Shown: piece after piece, positions 1 through 8,614 of the stretch
How the letters are laid out: each line of letters opens with the position of its first letter
Numbering within the stretch: the stretch's first letter is position 1
Source of the DNA: Myxococcota bacterium
GTDB lineage: Bacteria; Myxococcota_A; UBA9160; UBA6930
Length of the DNA: 64,000 nucleotides
Assembly (NCBI GenBank): GCA_965223705.1
Contig: OZ245015.1
Coordinates: 960,001 to 1,024,000, forward strand
Direction of reading: 5' to 3'
The notes under the pieces: model-generated
The model's database searches: none
Seen by the model: the letters and a program-made list of their open reading frames with translations, nothing else
What the model was told of the DNA's origin: nothing
Translations under genes and position numbers: made by a program

Positions 1-55
1 AAGAAGCGCGGAACCGCGCGAGTTCCGCGCACCCGTGAGCGTGGGGAAGGCGACT

Positions 56-640
56 ATGGCGACGTACACCGACCGTTTTCCACAGACCGTGACCCTCGAT
101 GGCGACGCGAAGGTCGAGATACGGGTGATGGACGTCGGCGATCGTGATGCCGTGCTGGCCTTCGCCAGGGCATTACCCGAGAGGGATCTACTTTTCTTGA
201 GGGTGGATCTGACGTCCGCCGACGTGGTTGACGATTGGATGGACAACCTAAAGAGCGGCCACTCCACTTCGTTGGTCGCTTACGAAGACGGAGAGTTGGT
301 GGGCTACGCGACGGTTCATCGGGACCCCGCTCCCTGGACCCGCAGGGTGGGCGAAATCCGGGTCAACGTGGGGCCTTCTCAGAGGGGAAAGGGTCTGGGG
401 CGAAATCTCACGTCGCAGATCTTCGACGTTGCAAGGGAACTCGGGTTGAAGAAGTTGATGGCGACCATGACCGTCGATCAACACGGGGCACAGGCCGCGT
501 TCCGTCGCTTGGGCTTCGTTCCGGAGGCGCTGCTCGCCGACTACGCCGAAGACCGGGAAGGCACTGCACACGATCTGGTGATCATGTCCTACGACATCGA
601 AGGTCTGACCGACCGACTCGATGAGCCCATCCGTATCTAG
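56..640 (+). CDS. GNAT family N-acetyltransferase
   Basis: Acetyl-CoA motif QRGKGLG, A..FRRLGF; ATG at 56 preferred over GTG at 35. Confidence 0.85.
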   Translation: MATYTDRFPQTVTLDGDAKVEIRVMDVGDRDAVLAFARALPERDLLFLRVDLTSADVVDDWMDNLKSGHSTSLVAYEDGELVGYATVHRDPAPWTRRVGEIRVNVGPSQRGKGLGRNLTSQIFDVARELGLKKLMATMTVDQHGAQAAFRRLGFVPEALLADYAEDREGTAHDLVIMSYDIEGLTDRLDEPIRI

Positions 641-649
641 TCACCATCC

Positions 650-1453
650 TTAGACGGCTTCGCTGAGGCGCCCCGCCAGGACCTCGTAGACCCGCGGATG
701 GAACGCCATGCCCACGTGGGTACAGTTCACCTCGTCGTTTCGTTCCGGGTCGTCTCCCATGCAGCTCTCCCAGTGCGCCACGCCGTCTCTTCGCGAGTAG
801 ATCGCGAACTGAGGGACACCGGTGGGATCCGGGTCCAAGGTGTTCTTCACGAACGTGCAAAGGCAGTGGCCCGTGCCGCATGAGCTGCGCAGGTTGCGAC
901 CCACGAGTGCTCCCCTGGCCGCCTTGAGATGATCCCAAAGGCCCACGACCGAGGGGTGGGCCCGGACGAGGTCGCGAAACGGGGAGCCCAGGGTGACGAC
1001 CCGGTCGATGTGCTCCGGGGCTTGCTGGACGAGGCTGCGGCCGAGCATGCCGCCCAGGCTGTGCCCGACGATCCGCACCTTCTGGCCAGATTTCGCATGG
1101 ATCCCGCGAAGCCGGGCCAACAAGCTCCTCGCGGTCGTGTCGGGGCAGTCGGTGTTGAAAGGGATTCTCGAGAAGTGGCTCTCGTAGCCGATCCGGAACA
1201 GCCAGCGGTGCATTTCGAACATCACCACGTCGTTCGAAAGGAAGCCCGGGATCACGAGAACGGGCTCCCGATTCCCGCGCGGCACTCCGTGGCCGTAGTA
1301 GACGGGGCTCATCCGGAGGGAGAGCCACTCGAAGGGCCAGAGGACTTCGCGCCAGATCGGCGTGTTGACGTGCTCGACCGAGGGGTCGAATTCGAAGGGG
1401 TCGCCCAACCCCTTCGGGTTCTCAACAGCGGGTGATTCGCTCAATTCTTCCAC
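650..1453 (-). CDS. alpha/beta hydrolase (lipase/esterase-like), paralog 1
   Basis: IPGF oxyanion loop, GHSLGG nucleophile, TLGSP, DG, and His in CTHVGM. Confidence 0.85.
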   Translation of the reverse strand: MEELSESPAVENPKGLGDPFEFDPSVEHVNTPIWREVLWPFEWLSLRMSPVYYGHGVPRGNREPVLVIPGFLSNDVVMFEMHRWLFRIGYESHFSRIPFNTDCPDTTARSLLARLRGIHAKSGQKVRIVGHSLGGMLGRSLVQQAPEHIDRVVTLGSPFRDLVRAHPSVVGLWDHLKAARGALVGRNLRSSCGTGHCLCTFVKNTLDPDPTGVPQFAIYSRRDGVAHWESCMGDDPERNDEVNCTHVGMAFHPRVYEVLAGRLSEAV

Positions 1454-1480
1454 CGGGTACTTGCGCTGCGCAGTCAGGAG

Positions 1481-1504
1481 CGCCGGATCGCGAGCGATCC
1501 GGCG
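1481..1504. terminator. GC-rich hairpin between the phasin-like gene and the hydrolase
   Basis: CGCCGGATCG-CGAG-CGATCCGGCG perfect 10-bp stem; no U-tract. Confidence 0.5.
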
Positions 1505-1531
1505 ACGATCGAGTCACCCGCCGTGCGGTTC

Positions 1532-1993
1532 TCAGCTCCGGAGCGACTCTAGGCTCCTTTGCCAGGCTTCGCTCATCGGATTGTTGAGGCCGAAGGACCG
1601 GCCGATCTCCATCGCGGACTCGGCAGCTTCGCGGGAGCTTTCCATCACCATCTGCATCGACTCGCGCAGGCTTTCAGCCGCCGCCGCTTGCTCCTTGTAG
1701 AGGTCCTTTGCGAAGTCGAGGCCCCGGTTCTGGGACTCGATGGCCGCTTCGAGCACCGCCTTCGAGTTTTCGGAATAGGCGTTCGGATGGGTCGCGAACA
1801 ACTTGGTGAGCTCGAGGGCTTCGCGCTGACCCTGCAGTACCTGCTCGGACATCATGTCGACGATCTTGCTGCTGCGCTGGCGGGCGGCGGCCATCGCCTC
1901 GTTCAGGCGGTCCTGGTTCTCGATGATCTTGTCGATGAACTGACCAATCTCGTTGGTGTCGTCTTTCTTTTTCGCACTCTTCGCAGAGGCCAT
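1532..1993 (-). CDS. phasin-like helical protein, paralog 1
   Basis: Ala/Glu/Gln-rich helical 153 aa, strong RBS AAGGAG, adjacent to phaC; function from context. Confidence 0.6.
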   Translation of the reverse strand: MASAKSAKKKDDTNEIGQFIDKIIENQDRLNEAMAAARQRSSKIVDMMSEQVLQGQREALELTKLFATHPNAYSENSKAVLEAAIESQNRGLDFAKDLYKEQAAAAESLRESMQMVMESSREAAESAMEIGRSFGLNNPMSEAWQRSLESLRS

Positions 1994-2047
1994 GGCAATT
2001 CTCCTTGATGGGCGGCGGTCATGATGGCCGCGCATTGCCGTTGCGAT

Positions 2048-2084
2048 TGGAACATATATATGTCATTTGCATATACATGTCAAG
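2048..2084 (-). promoter_or_regulatory. putative PhaQ operator overlapping a sigma70 promoter of phasin 1
   Basis: AT-rich imperfect inverted repeat TGGAACATATATAT-N9-ATATACATGTCAAG; minus strand reads TTGACA-N17-TATATA; similar to 8154..8190. Confidence 0.65.
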
Positions 2085-2123
2085 TTTTCTCGCTGGGCCG
2101 TTCCCCTGGGGAGTAAGGCGGGC

Positions 2124-3215
2124 TCAGGTCGAGCGCTCCGCCAGCCATCGGTCGATCTGCGGCCACAACCGGTATTTGGCATTGCCTCCGGCGATGAGGC
2201 TGACGTGGCCGCCCTTCAAGACGATGTCCTGCTTGTCGTCACTGGACACGAGGTCGACCAGATCCCTCGACGAGGCATCCGGGACGAGATAGTCGTGCAA
2301 GGCGCGGACGTGAAGAAACGGGGCCCGGATCTTCCCGATGTCTACGGTGTGGTCGCCGATCCTGAACTCTCCGCGGAACAGCTTGTTGGCGACCAGGAAA
2401 TCCTTTTGCATCTGGCGCGCGACCTCCCCAGGGAAGGGGATTTGATCGTTCGCCCAGCGTTCGATTCGCGTATGGGCTTTCACGAACTCGTCGTTCTCGA
2501 CGTTGTCGAGCAGCTTCATTTGACCTGACACGCGCTGCAGGGGACGGAGCATCTCGATCGAGGAGACGATGAGCTCCGGCGGGACGTTGCCCAGGGAGTC
2601 GATGAGCCGGTCGATGTCAAAGTGCGCTGGATCCGCCCAGGTCCGCTGGAACTCCATTCCGTCGGAGTTCACTGGGGTCGTCAGGCACAGCAAGTTTTTG
2701 AGCGGCCCGTCCGCGTGCGTCGCGGCGTACATCGCGGCGATGGTTCCGCCCAGGCAGTACCCGGCGAGGGTGAAGTCGTCTTCGCCCGAGTCCTCGCAGA
2801 CGCGAGCGACGCAATCGGGCAGGAAGTCGAGGACGTAGTCCGCGAAAGAAAGCTTGGCGTGCTCCGGGCGGGGGATCCCCCAATCGATCATGTAGACGTC
2901 GTGGCCCTGACCGACGAGAAACTCGATCAGGCTCTGACCTTTCGCCAGATCGAAGATGTAGGGCTTGCTTACCAGCGACATCACCAGAAGGAGCGGTGCG
3001 CGATACACCTCGTCGGAGACCGGCGTGTAGTGATAGAGCTTGATCAGGTCGCGCGAGTAGATCACTTCCCGAGGGCTCGGGGCGAAACCCAGGTCTCCGG
3101 TGAGGTCGTCGAGTCGGGGCAGTCCGGGGATGTTTCGCGCGATGGCGTCTTCCACCGCCTTGCGCGAACGCTCCGCGATTTCCTCTCGCGACGGACGAGA
3201 GGCCGGGTTCGTCAC
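2124..3215 (-). CDS. phaC: class III/IV-type PHA synthase catalytic subunit
   Basis: PLLLV..LVSKPYIFDL, DVYMIDWG, lipase box GYCLGG, Asp in HDYLVP, His in GGHVSL; GTG at 3215 overlaps the upstream stop. Confidence 0.85.
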   Translation of the reverse strand: MTNPASRPSREEIAERSRKAVEDAIARNIPGLPRLDDLTGDLGFAPSPREVIYSRDLIKLYHYTPVSDEVYRAPLLLVMSLVSKPYIFDLAKGQSLIEFLVGQGHDVYMIDWGIPRPEHAKLSFADYVLDFLPDCVARVCEDSGEDDFTLAGYCLGGTIAAMYAATHADGPLKNLLCLTTPVNSDGMEFQRTWADPAHFDIDRLIDSLGNVPPELIVSSIEMLRPLQRVSGQMKLLDNVENDEFVKAHTRIERWANDQIPFPGEVARQMQKDFLVANKLFRGEFRIGDHTVDIGKIRAPFLHVRALHDYLVPDASSRDLVDLVSSDDKQDIVLKGGHVSLIAGGNAKYRLWPQIDRWLAERST

Positions 3216-4174
3216 TGGCTTTCTCCTGGCGCCCCGGCCGTTTCGGGGATGCTTCGCTTGAGCCAATCGAGGAGATCGGCGACGACTTCATCTCGATTGA
3301 TCTCGTTGAACATCTCGTGACGTCCGCCTTCGTAGAACTTGTGATCGACGCGCTGTAGGCCGGCTGCGCGGTATTCCTCGATCAGTCGCCACAATCCGGC
3401 GAGCTCCCGGTGAATGGGATCGTCCGCACCGGAGAAGATCAGTAGCGGAATCGTCCTCGGAATCTTCGCGCGTTCGGATCGCCGACGCTCGAGGGCGAGG
3501 GCGTCGAACATTTCGCAGAGGCTTCCCATGCGCAACACGAAGCCGCAACGCGGATCCTCGACGTAGAGGTCGACCTGTTCGGGATCTCGCGAAAGCCATT
3601 CGAAGCCGGTGCGGCCCGGTTCGAAACGCTCGTTCGTCTTTCCGAAGAGCGCTTTCTGGACGATCTCGCTCTCGCCCGATGCTCCGTGGCGCCAGCGCTC
3701 GATCCGAGCGAGAAGACGGGTCAGCAAGAGCTGCAGGCCGCCGCCGTCCGTGCTCCCCGAGAGGATTGCCGCTTCGACGGTTTCTCCGTGCTCGATCAGG
3801 TACTGACGCGCGAGAAACGATCCCATGCTGTGACCGAGGAGCACGCGAGGCGTCCCCGGGTGTCGCTCGCCGATCCAGTCGACGAGTTCGCGAAGATCAC
3901 GGACCGCCGCGTGCCAGCCGCCGGGGCCCATGTCTCCGAGGGAGTCGGGACCGCTCGCCGTCAAGCCGTGGCCGCGATGGTCGTTCGCGTAGACCCGGTA
4001 GCCGGCCTCGCACAATTGCTCTGCGACCCATGCGTAACGGGCGGCGTGCTCTCCCATTCCGTGTGCAATAAGGACAACGGCGCGTGGGCGAGGGCTCGAG
4101 TCCGGTTCCCATTGGTACAGGCGCAGCGCTTGTCCGTCGCTGGCAGAAAAAGCCGGGGTCGAGGTTTTCATCAC
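3212..4174 (-). CDS. alpha/beta hydrolase (lysophospholipase/monoacylglycerol lipase family)
   Basis: HGMGEH, DHRGHG, GHSMGS, RHEMFNE. Confidence 0.9.
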   Translation of the reverse strand: MMKTSTPAFSASDGQALRLYQWEPDSSPRPRAVVLIAHGMGEHAARYAWVAEQLCEAGYRVYANDHRGHGLTASGPDSLGDMGPGGWHAAVRDLRELVDWIGERHPGTPRVLLGHSMGSFLARQYLIEHGETVEAAILSGSTDGGGLQLLLTRLLARIERWRHGASGESEIVQKALFGKTNERFEPGRTGFEWLSRDPEQVDLYVEDPRCGFVLRMGSLCEMFDALALERRRSERAKIPRTIPLLIFSGADDPIHRELAGLWRLIEEYRAAGLQRVDHKFYEGGRHEMFNEINRDEVVADLLDWLKRSIPETAGAPGESQ

Positions 4175-4339
4175 GATTTCAGTGCCTCGCAGCGAAACAG
4201 GATCGGGTATGCGCCGACCGGCCGCTACTGCTCGCCCGCTCGGACATCACTGCAAAGTGTCGATAGCCCCCGAATGCATCAAGTGAAGCCGCTAGGTGAG
4301 CGTCGTACACTTCGGAAGGCGCACGGAAGGGTTACGGAC

Positions 4340-4642
4340 ATGCCGACCTACATCATGCTCAGCAAACTCACGGACGAGGGACGAAAGGTCTTGAAGATCC
4401 GGCCGGAACGCCTGTCCGAGGTCAACAAGGAGATCGAGTCGATGGGGGCCAGTGTCGCCGCACAATACGCTGTCCTCGGAGGCTACGACTTCGTGAACGT
4501 GGTCCGGGCGCCGAGCAACGAGGTCATCGCGCGAATCTCCGTCGAGCTCGGGTCGCGGGGCACGATCGAAATCACGACCTTGCCCGCGATGGAAGTCCCT
4601 GAGTTCATGAAGTTGCTAGACGGCGGTGAGGCTTCCGGGTAG
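4340..4642 (+). CDS. GYD domain protein
   Basis: MPTYIMLSKLTDEG...LGGYDFV...ITTLPA typical of the GYD family. Confidence 0.85.
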   Translation: MPTYIMLSKLTDEGRKVLKIRPERLSEVNKEIESMGASVAAQYAVLGGYDFVNVVRAPSNEVIARISVELGSRGTIEITTLPAMEVPEFMKLLDGGEASG

Positions 4643-4652
4643 GAGCGCCGCA

Positions 4653-5621
4653 GTGCCTCGCTACGTCATCCTCTCGAGATTCTCATCGGCGGGACGCAAG
4701 ACCGCGGCCTCGCGAATCAAGACGCCTTCGCTCGACGTGGAGGTGGCCGAGGCGAAAGGGAGTGTCGTCTCGCGTTTCGTCCTACTCGGGGATTGGGACT
4801 CGTGCTCCGTCGTCGACCTCCCCAACAACGCGGCTGCCCATTTGTTGCGTACGGCGCATATGGGAAAAGCGGGAGTAGAGCGACTCGTTCTGCCGGCCGT
4901 CGAGCTCTCGCTCTTCGAGCGACTTCTCAAACAGACCACGCAAACGTCGGGTCCGCACCCCTGGCAGATCCAGTTGCCGGCGCGCATGGCTCGTCGCGCG
5001 ATGCGCCCGATCATCGTCGGCCACTACCGACGCAAGTATTTCAAACCCTTTCGGGTCCTGGGTCGGGAGAACCTCGATGGTTTCAACGGGCCCGCCGTGT
5101 TCATCGCGAACCACAGCAGTCACCACGACATGTTCGCGATCATCGAAGCGCTGCCGTCGCGATTCCAGGACCATGTGTACTTCGGCTCCGCGGCCGATCG
5201 CTGGTATCTCAAGGGCCGTCGCAACCCGCAGAAACAGGGCTGGTGGCGTTCGCTCTTCCTGGGCTGTTTTCCGGTGAAGCGCGCCGGCGGTGGTGGCGCG
5301 CTGGACTACTCGGAGTGGCTGATCCAACAGGGCGCGTCGATCGGCATCTTTCCGGAAGGAACGCGAACCCGAAACGGCCGGCTGAGCAAATTTCGACCCG
5401 GCGCCGCCTTGCTCGCACAAAAGATGAAGGTGCCCATCGTTCCGATGTACTTCCAGGGACTCTTCGAGCTGTTGCCGCCGGGAAGCAAAGAGTACAGGCC
5501 CGGGCCCGTCACCATCCGAATCGGAAAGCCCTTCCAGGTTCCGCCCGGCATCGAGCGCCTCGAAGCCGCGACGATGATGCGCGACGCCGTGGCGTCGCTG
5601 CAACCGCCGCAGCCCTCCTAG
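4653..5621 (+). CDS. GYD-like domain fused to a PlsC-type lysophospholipid acyltransferase
   Basis: N-term PRYVILSRFS...LGDWD resembles the upstream GYD; C-term NHSSHHD, FPEGTR, PIVP. Confidence 0.8.
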   Translation: MPRYVILSRFSSAGRKTAASRIKTPSLDVEVAEAKGSVVSRFVLLGDWDSCSVVDLPNNAAAHLLRTAHMGKAGVERLVLPAVELSLFERLLKQTTQTSGPHPWQIQLPARMARRAMRPIIVGHYRRKYFKPFRVLGRENLDGFNGPAVFIANHSSHHDMFAIIEALPSRFQDHVYFGSAADRWYLKGRRNPQKQGWWRSLFLGCFPVKRAGGGGALDYSEWLIQQGASIGIFPEGTRTRNGRLSKFRPGAALLAQKMKVPIVPMYFQGLFELLPPGSKEYRPGPVTIRIGKPFQVPPGIERLEAATMMRDAVASLQPPQPS

Positions 5622-6424
5622 GGCTTCGGTCGCCCCGAGCGCAGGAACTCTTCGACGGCGATCCCGAGTCCATCCTCGGTGTTCGGAGGCGCCACCGCAT
5701 CGGCGGCGCGTTTCACCGGCTCTTCTGCTTGGCCCATGGCGTAGGAAAAGCCCGCGACCTCGAACATCTCGATGTCGTTCTCGGCGTCGCCGAAAGCGAT
5801 GATCTCGCTCGGAGCGAGGTCCAGCGCATCGCAGGCGCGGGCCAGCGCGGCGCCCTTGTGGACCTCCTTGGCCGTCAAGGTGAGCACGATTTTCTGTCGA
5901 CTCGAAATCGATGCCGCGAACCGGACCTCGTTCTGCCAACGGTCCTGAAGATCGCCCAGGATCGCGTCGCAGACTTGGCTTCCCTGAACCAGCGCCATGC
6001 GGGGGAGATCCGAGGCGGCGTCGCGCAACGAGGGAACCTGGCGCACCCCGGGCGGAAGATCCGGAACGGTTCCGTCCCCTTTCATCAAGACCTCGCTACC
6101 GAAGGGAATCCACGCGAGGCAGCGCACGGAGTCGCACAGCTCGAAGAGCTCGTTCGCGAAATCGCTTGGCAGCCGCAGATCGAGGAGATCCTGATCGGCC
6201 CGGATCATGCGCACTTCCGCACCCTGGCACGCGACGAGCGGGCCGTCGAGCTCCAGGGATTCGGCAATCGGCAGCGCCAGGCGATACCAGCGAGCAGTGG
6301 CGAGGATGACCTCGAGGCCTCGACTCCGGGCCTCGAGCAACGCTCGCCGATTTCTCGCGCTCATTTTCCCGTCGGGGCCCAGTAGGGTCCCGTCGAGGTC
6401 TGTCGCGATCGCTTTGAATTCCAT
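5618..6424 (-). CDS. Cof-type HAD IIB hydrolase
   Basis: DLDGTLL, ATAR, K, FGDAENDIEM. Confidence 0.9.
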   Translation of the reverse strand: MEFKAIATDLDGTLLGPDGKMSARNRRALLEARSRGLEVILATARWYRLALPIAESLELDGPLVACQGAEVRMIRADQDLLDLRLPSDFANELFELCDSVRCLAWIPFGSEVLMKGDGTVPDLPPGVRQVPSLRDAASDLPRMALVQGSQVCDAILGDLQDRWQNEVRFAASISSRQKIVLTLTAKEVHKGAALARACDALDLAPSEIIAFGDAENDIEMFEVAGFSYAMGQAEEPVKRAADAVAPPNTEDGLGIAVEEFLRSGRPKP

Positions 6425-6459
6425 TCTCGCGTTGGCGGCGGGGTCGCGCGACCGCCCTC

Positions 6460-6813
6460 TCAGTCGGACTTCGCGGGTTGCAAGCTGGTCAGCGCCCGGG
6501 TGTAGGCGCGCAACGGCTCGTGCATCAGGTCGAGCCAACTCTCCATCAGCGCGGCACTCGCACCGTTCAAGCTCCGCAACCGGTGGCTCGCACCTTCCGG
6601 AGACTGATCGAACATCGACGAAGCGAAGCCCACTTTTTCGAGCTCGCGGACGGTCTTGTACACGGAGCCGGCCGCTTCGCTTCTCTCGGTGTCTTCGATC
6701 TGGAGGAAGGCCTTCGCAAGTTCTGTTTGATAGACGGCGGTGGCCTTCGATAGGGCCAGGAGGTGAGCCGCCATGAGATCCGCGATCGTTCGGTCGCCGC
6801 TCGGGTCAGTCAT
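6460..6813 (-). CDS. hypothetical helical protein
   Basis: ATG overlaps the stop of the upstream hydrolase (ATGA), GGAG RBS. Confidence 0.55.
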   Translation of the reverse strand: MTDPSGDRTIADLMAAHLLALSKATAVYQTELAKAFLQIEDTERSEAAGSVYKTVRELEKVGFASSMFDQSPEGASHRLRSLNGASAALMESWLDLMHEPLRAYTRALTSLQPAKSD

Positions 6814-7622
6814 ATCGTCGCTCCTTCGTTCAATCGTCTCGCGATGATCTGATAGACCTCGCCATGGAACGCCATGCCGACGTGTGTGCAATCGACGGCG
6901 TCATTCATCTCCGGGTCTTCCGAGAGGCAACTTTCCCAATGCGCCACCCCGTCCTTCGGGGAGTAGATCGCAAACTGCGGGACGTCCCTCGGCTCCGGGT
7001 CGAGAATGTTCTCGACGAACGTACACAGGCAGTGACCGGTGGCGCAGGACGGCCGCAAGTTGCGCCCGACCAGTTTGCCCTTGGCCTCTTTGATTCGCTC
7101 CCATAGCCCGACTACCGCCGGATGCGCCCTCACCAGGTCTCGAAAAGGCGATCCCAGCGTGATCACGCGGTCGATGTCGTCGGGGATCCGCTGAACCAGG
7201 CTGCGCGCGAGCATGCCCCCCAGGCTGTGCCCCACAATGCGAACCCGTGCGCCGGTCTCCGCGCGGATCGTTTGCACCCGACCGGCGAGATATCGGGCGG
7301 TTTCGTCGGGGCAGTCGACGTTGAACGAGACGCGGGAGAAGTGCGGGCGGTAACCGATCCTGCGGAGCCATCGGTGCATGTCGATCATCATCGCGTCGTT
7401 CGACAGAAACCCCGGGATGAGGAGCACCGGCTCGCCGCCGCCATGGGGAACCGTCAGCCCGTAGTAAGCGGGGTGGAAGCGCAGTTGGAGCCACTCGAGC
7501 GGCCACAGCACCTCGCGCCAGATCGGCGTCTTGACGTGTTCGATCGACTCATCGAACTCGAAGGGATTTCCGAGACGGGTCGACGTCTGGGAATCCCGGG
7601 CGAATTCGATCGCGGATGCCAC
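6810..7622 (-). CDS. alpha/beta hydrolase, paralog 2
   Basis: Close paralog of 650..1453 (TPIWREVLWP, GHSLGG, CTHVGMAFH). Confidence 0.85.
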   Translation of the reverse strand: MASAIEFARDSQTSTRLGNPFEFDESIEHVKTPIWREVLWPLEWLQLRFHPAYYGLTVPHGGGEPVLLIPGFLSNDAMMIDMHRWLRRIGYRPHFSRVSFNVDCPDETARYLAGRVQTIRAETGARVRIVGHSLGGMLARSLVQRIPDDIDRVITLGSPFRDLVRAHPAVVGLWERIKEAKGKLVGRNLRPSCATGHCLCTFVENILDPEPRDVPQFAIYSPKDGVAHWESCLSEDPEMNDAVDCTHVGMAFHGEVYQIIARRLNEGATI

Positions 7623-7627
7623 GTGCT

Positions 7628-8128
7628 CTACCGCGCGCTAGCTGCGTTGAGAGGCCAGGCTCTTCTGCCAGGCTTCGGCGATCGGGTTCGCGTCGGCCCG
7701 CCAGTTGCCGAACTGAATCGGGTTCGCGTCGACCAGTTGCCGAACTGCAGCGTGACCTCGGCGGCTTCTCGAGACCGCTCGAACATGGTGGCCAGGGACT
7801 CACCCGCGAGCTTGGCGGCTTGCATCTGCTCGTCGTAGAGGTTCTGCGCGAACTCGAGCGTTCGTGTTTGGGCCTCGATGGCAGCTTCCAAGACAAGGCT
7901 CGAGTTGGCGGAGTAGTCGTTCGGCTGGCTGGCGATCTTCTTGGTCAGCTCGAGCGCCTCGCGTTGATCTCGTTGAACCTGTCCGGCGACGAGCTCATTC
8001 GCCTTGATGCCGTGCTTCCGGACACCTGCGAGGGTCTTACTGAGTAGGTTTTGGTTCTCGAGAGCGAAATCGAGGAGCTGGATCATCGGTGAGGTTTCGG
8101 GTTTCTTGCGCTTCTTTGTCTTGGCCAC
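7628..8128 (-). CDS. phasin-like protein, paralog 2, with a frameshifted C-terminus
   Basis: Shares QREALELTK, YS.NS..VLEAAIE.Q with 1532..1993; RBS AAGGAGG; C-terminus shifted by the repeat at 7680..7747. Confidence 0.6.
   Translation of the reverse strand: MAKTKKRKKPETSPMIQLLDFALENQNLLSKTLAGVRKHGIKANELVAGQVQRDQREALELTKKIASQPNDYSANSSLVLEAAIEAQTRTLEFAQNLYDEQMQAAKLAGESLATMFERSREAAEVTLQFGNWSTRTRFSSATGGPTRTRSPKPGRRAWPLNAASAR
7680..7747. repeat. imperfect tandem duplication (36 bp + 32 bp)
   Basis: GATCGGGTTCGCGTCGGCCCGCCAGTTGCCGAACTG followed by AATCGGGTTCGCGTCGACCAGTTGCCGAACTG. Confidence 0.9.
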
Positions 8129-8153
8129 GATCAGCCCTCCTTGGTTTCGTCTG

Positions 8154-8190
8154 CTTGACAGATATATCCTTTTCGCATATACCTGTCAAG
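8154..8190. promoter_or_regulatory. inverted repeat: putative PhaQ operator and overlapping divergent sigma70 promoters
   Basis: CTTGACAGATATAT-N9-ATATACCTGTCAAG (13/14 symmetric); TTGACA-N17-TATACC on +, TTGACA-N17-TATATC on -. Confidence 0.75.
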
Positions 8191-8230
8191 TCTTCGTTAT
8201 GCGCAACCCACAGATAAGTGATCCCGACGC

Positions 8231-8614
8231 ATGCCTACGAACTCCGCGGAAACCAAGCAAAACCCGGCCGGGGATATGTTGACCGCAAACCTCCTGGCTC
8301 TCCTCAACGGCTGGCAGGCCTGCGGTTACGACCTGATCAAGCGTCTCAGCGAGGCGGGCATGGGGCAGTACAACTCGGGCACCATCTACAGGGCTCTCCG
8401 GCAGATGGAAAAGCTGGGGTTGGTCTCTTCGATGTGGGATACCAGTGCGGAAGGGCCCGCAAAGCGGCTCTACAGTGTCACCCAAGTCGGGTTGCTCTTC
8501 TTGGAGAACTGGCTCGTGATCGTCCAGAGCCACCGGCGAGCTATCGAGATGTGGATGAACTTCGGTCGCGCAGCGGCCGGGGAGTCCGACGCAACAGAAG
8601 GGAAGTCACGATGA
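8231..8614 (+). CDS. phaQ: PadR-family repressor, PhaQ-like
   Basis: GYDLI, GTIYRALRQMEK.GLVSS.WDTSAEGPAKRLYS.T closely resembles Bacillus PhaQ as I recall it; PHA context. Confidence 0.75.
   Translation: MPTNSAETKQNPAGDMLTANLLALLNGWQACGYDLIKRLSEAGMGQYNSGTIYRALRQMEKLGLVSSMWDTSAEGPAKRLYSVTQVGLLFLENWLVIVQSHRRAIEMWMNFGRAAAGESDATEGKSR

Noticed and set aside
8218..8610. Extended ORF starts from the track (e.g. 8218, 3686, 30232, 33584, 44810)
   Set aside because: The extensions overlap neighbouring genes; downstream starts with an RBS or stop-start coupling fit better
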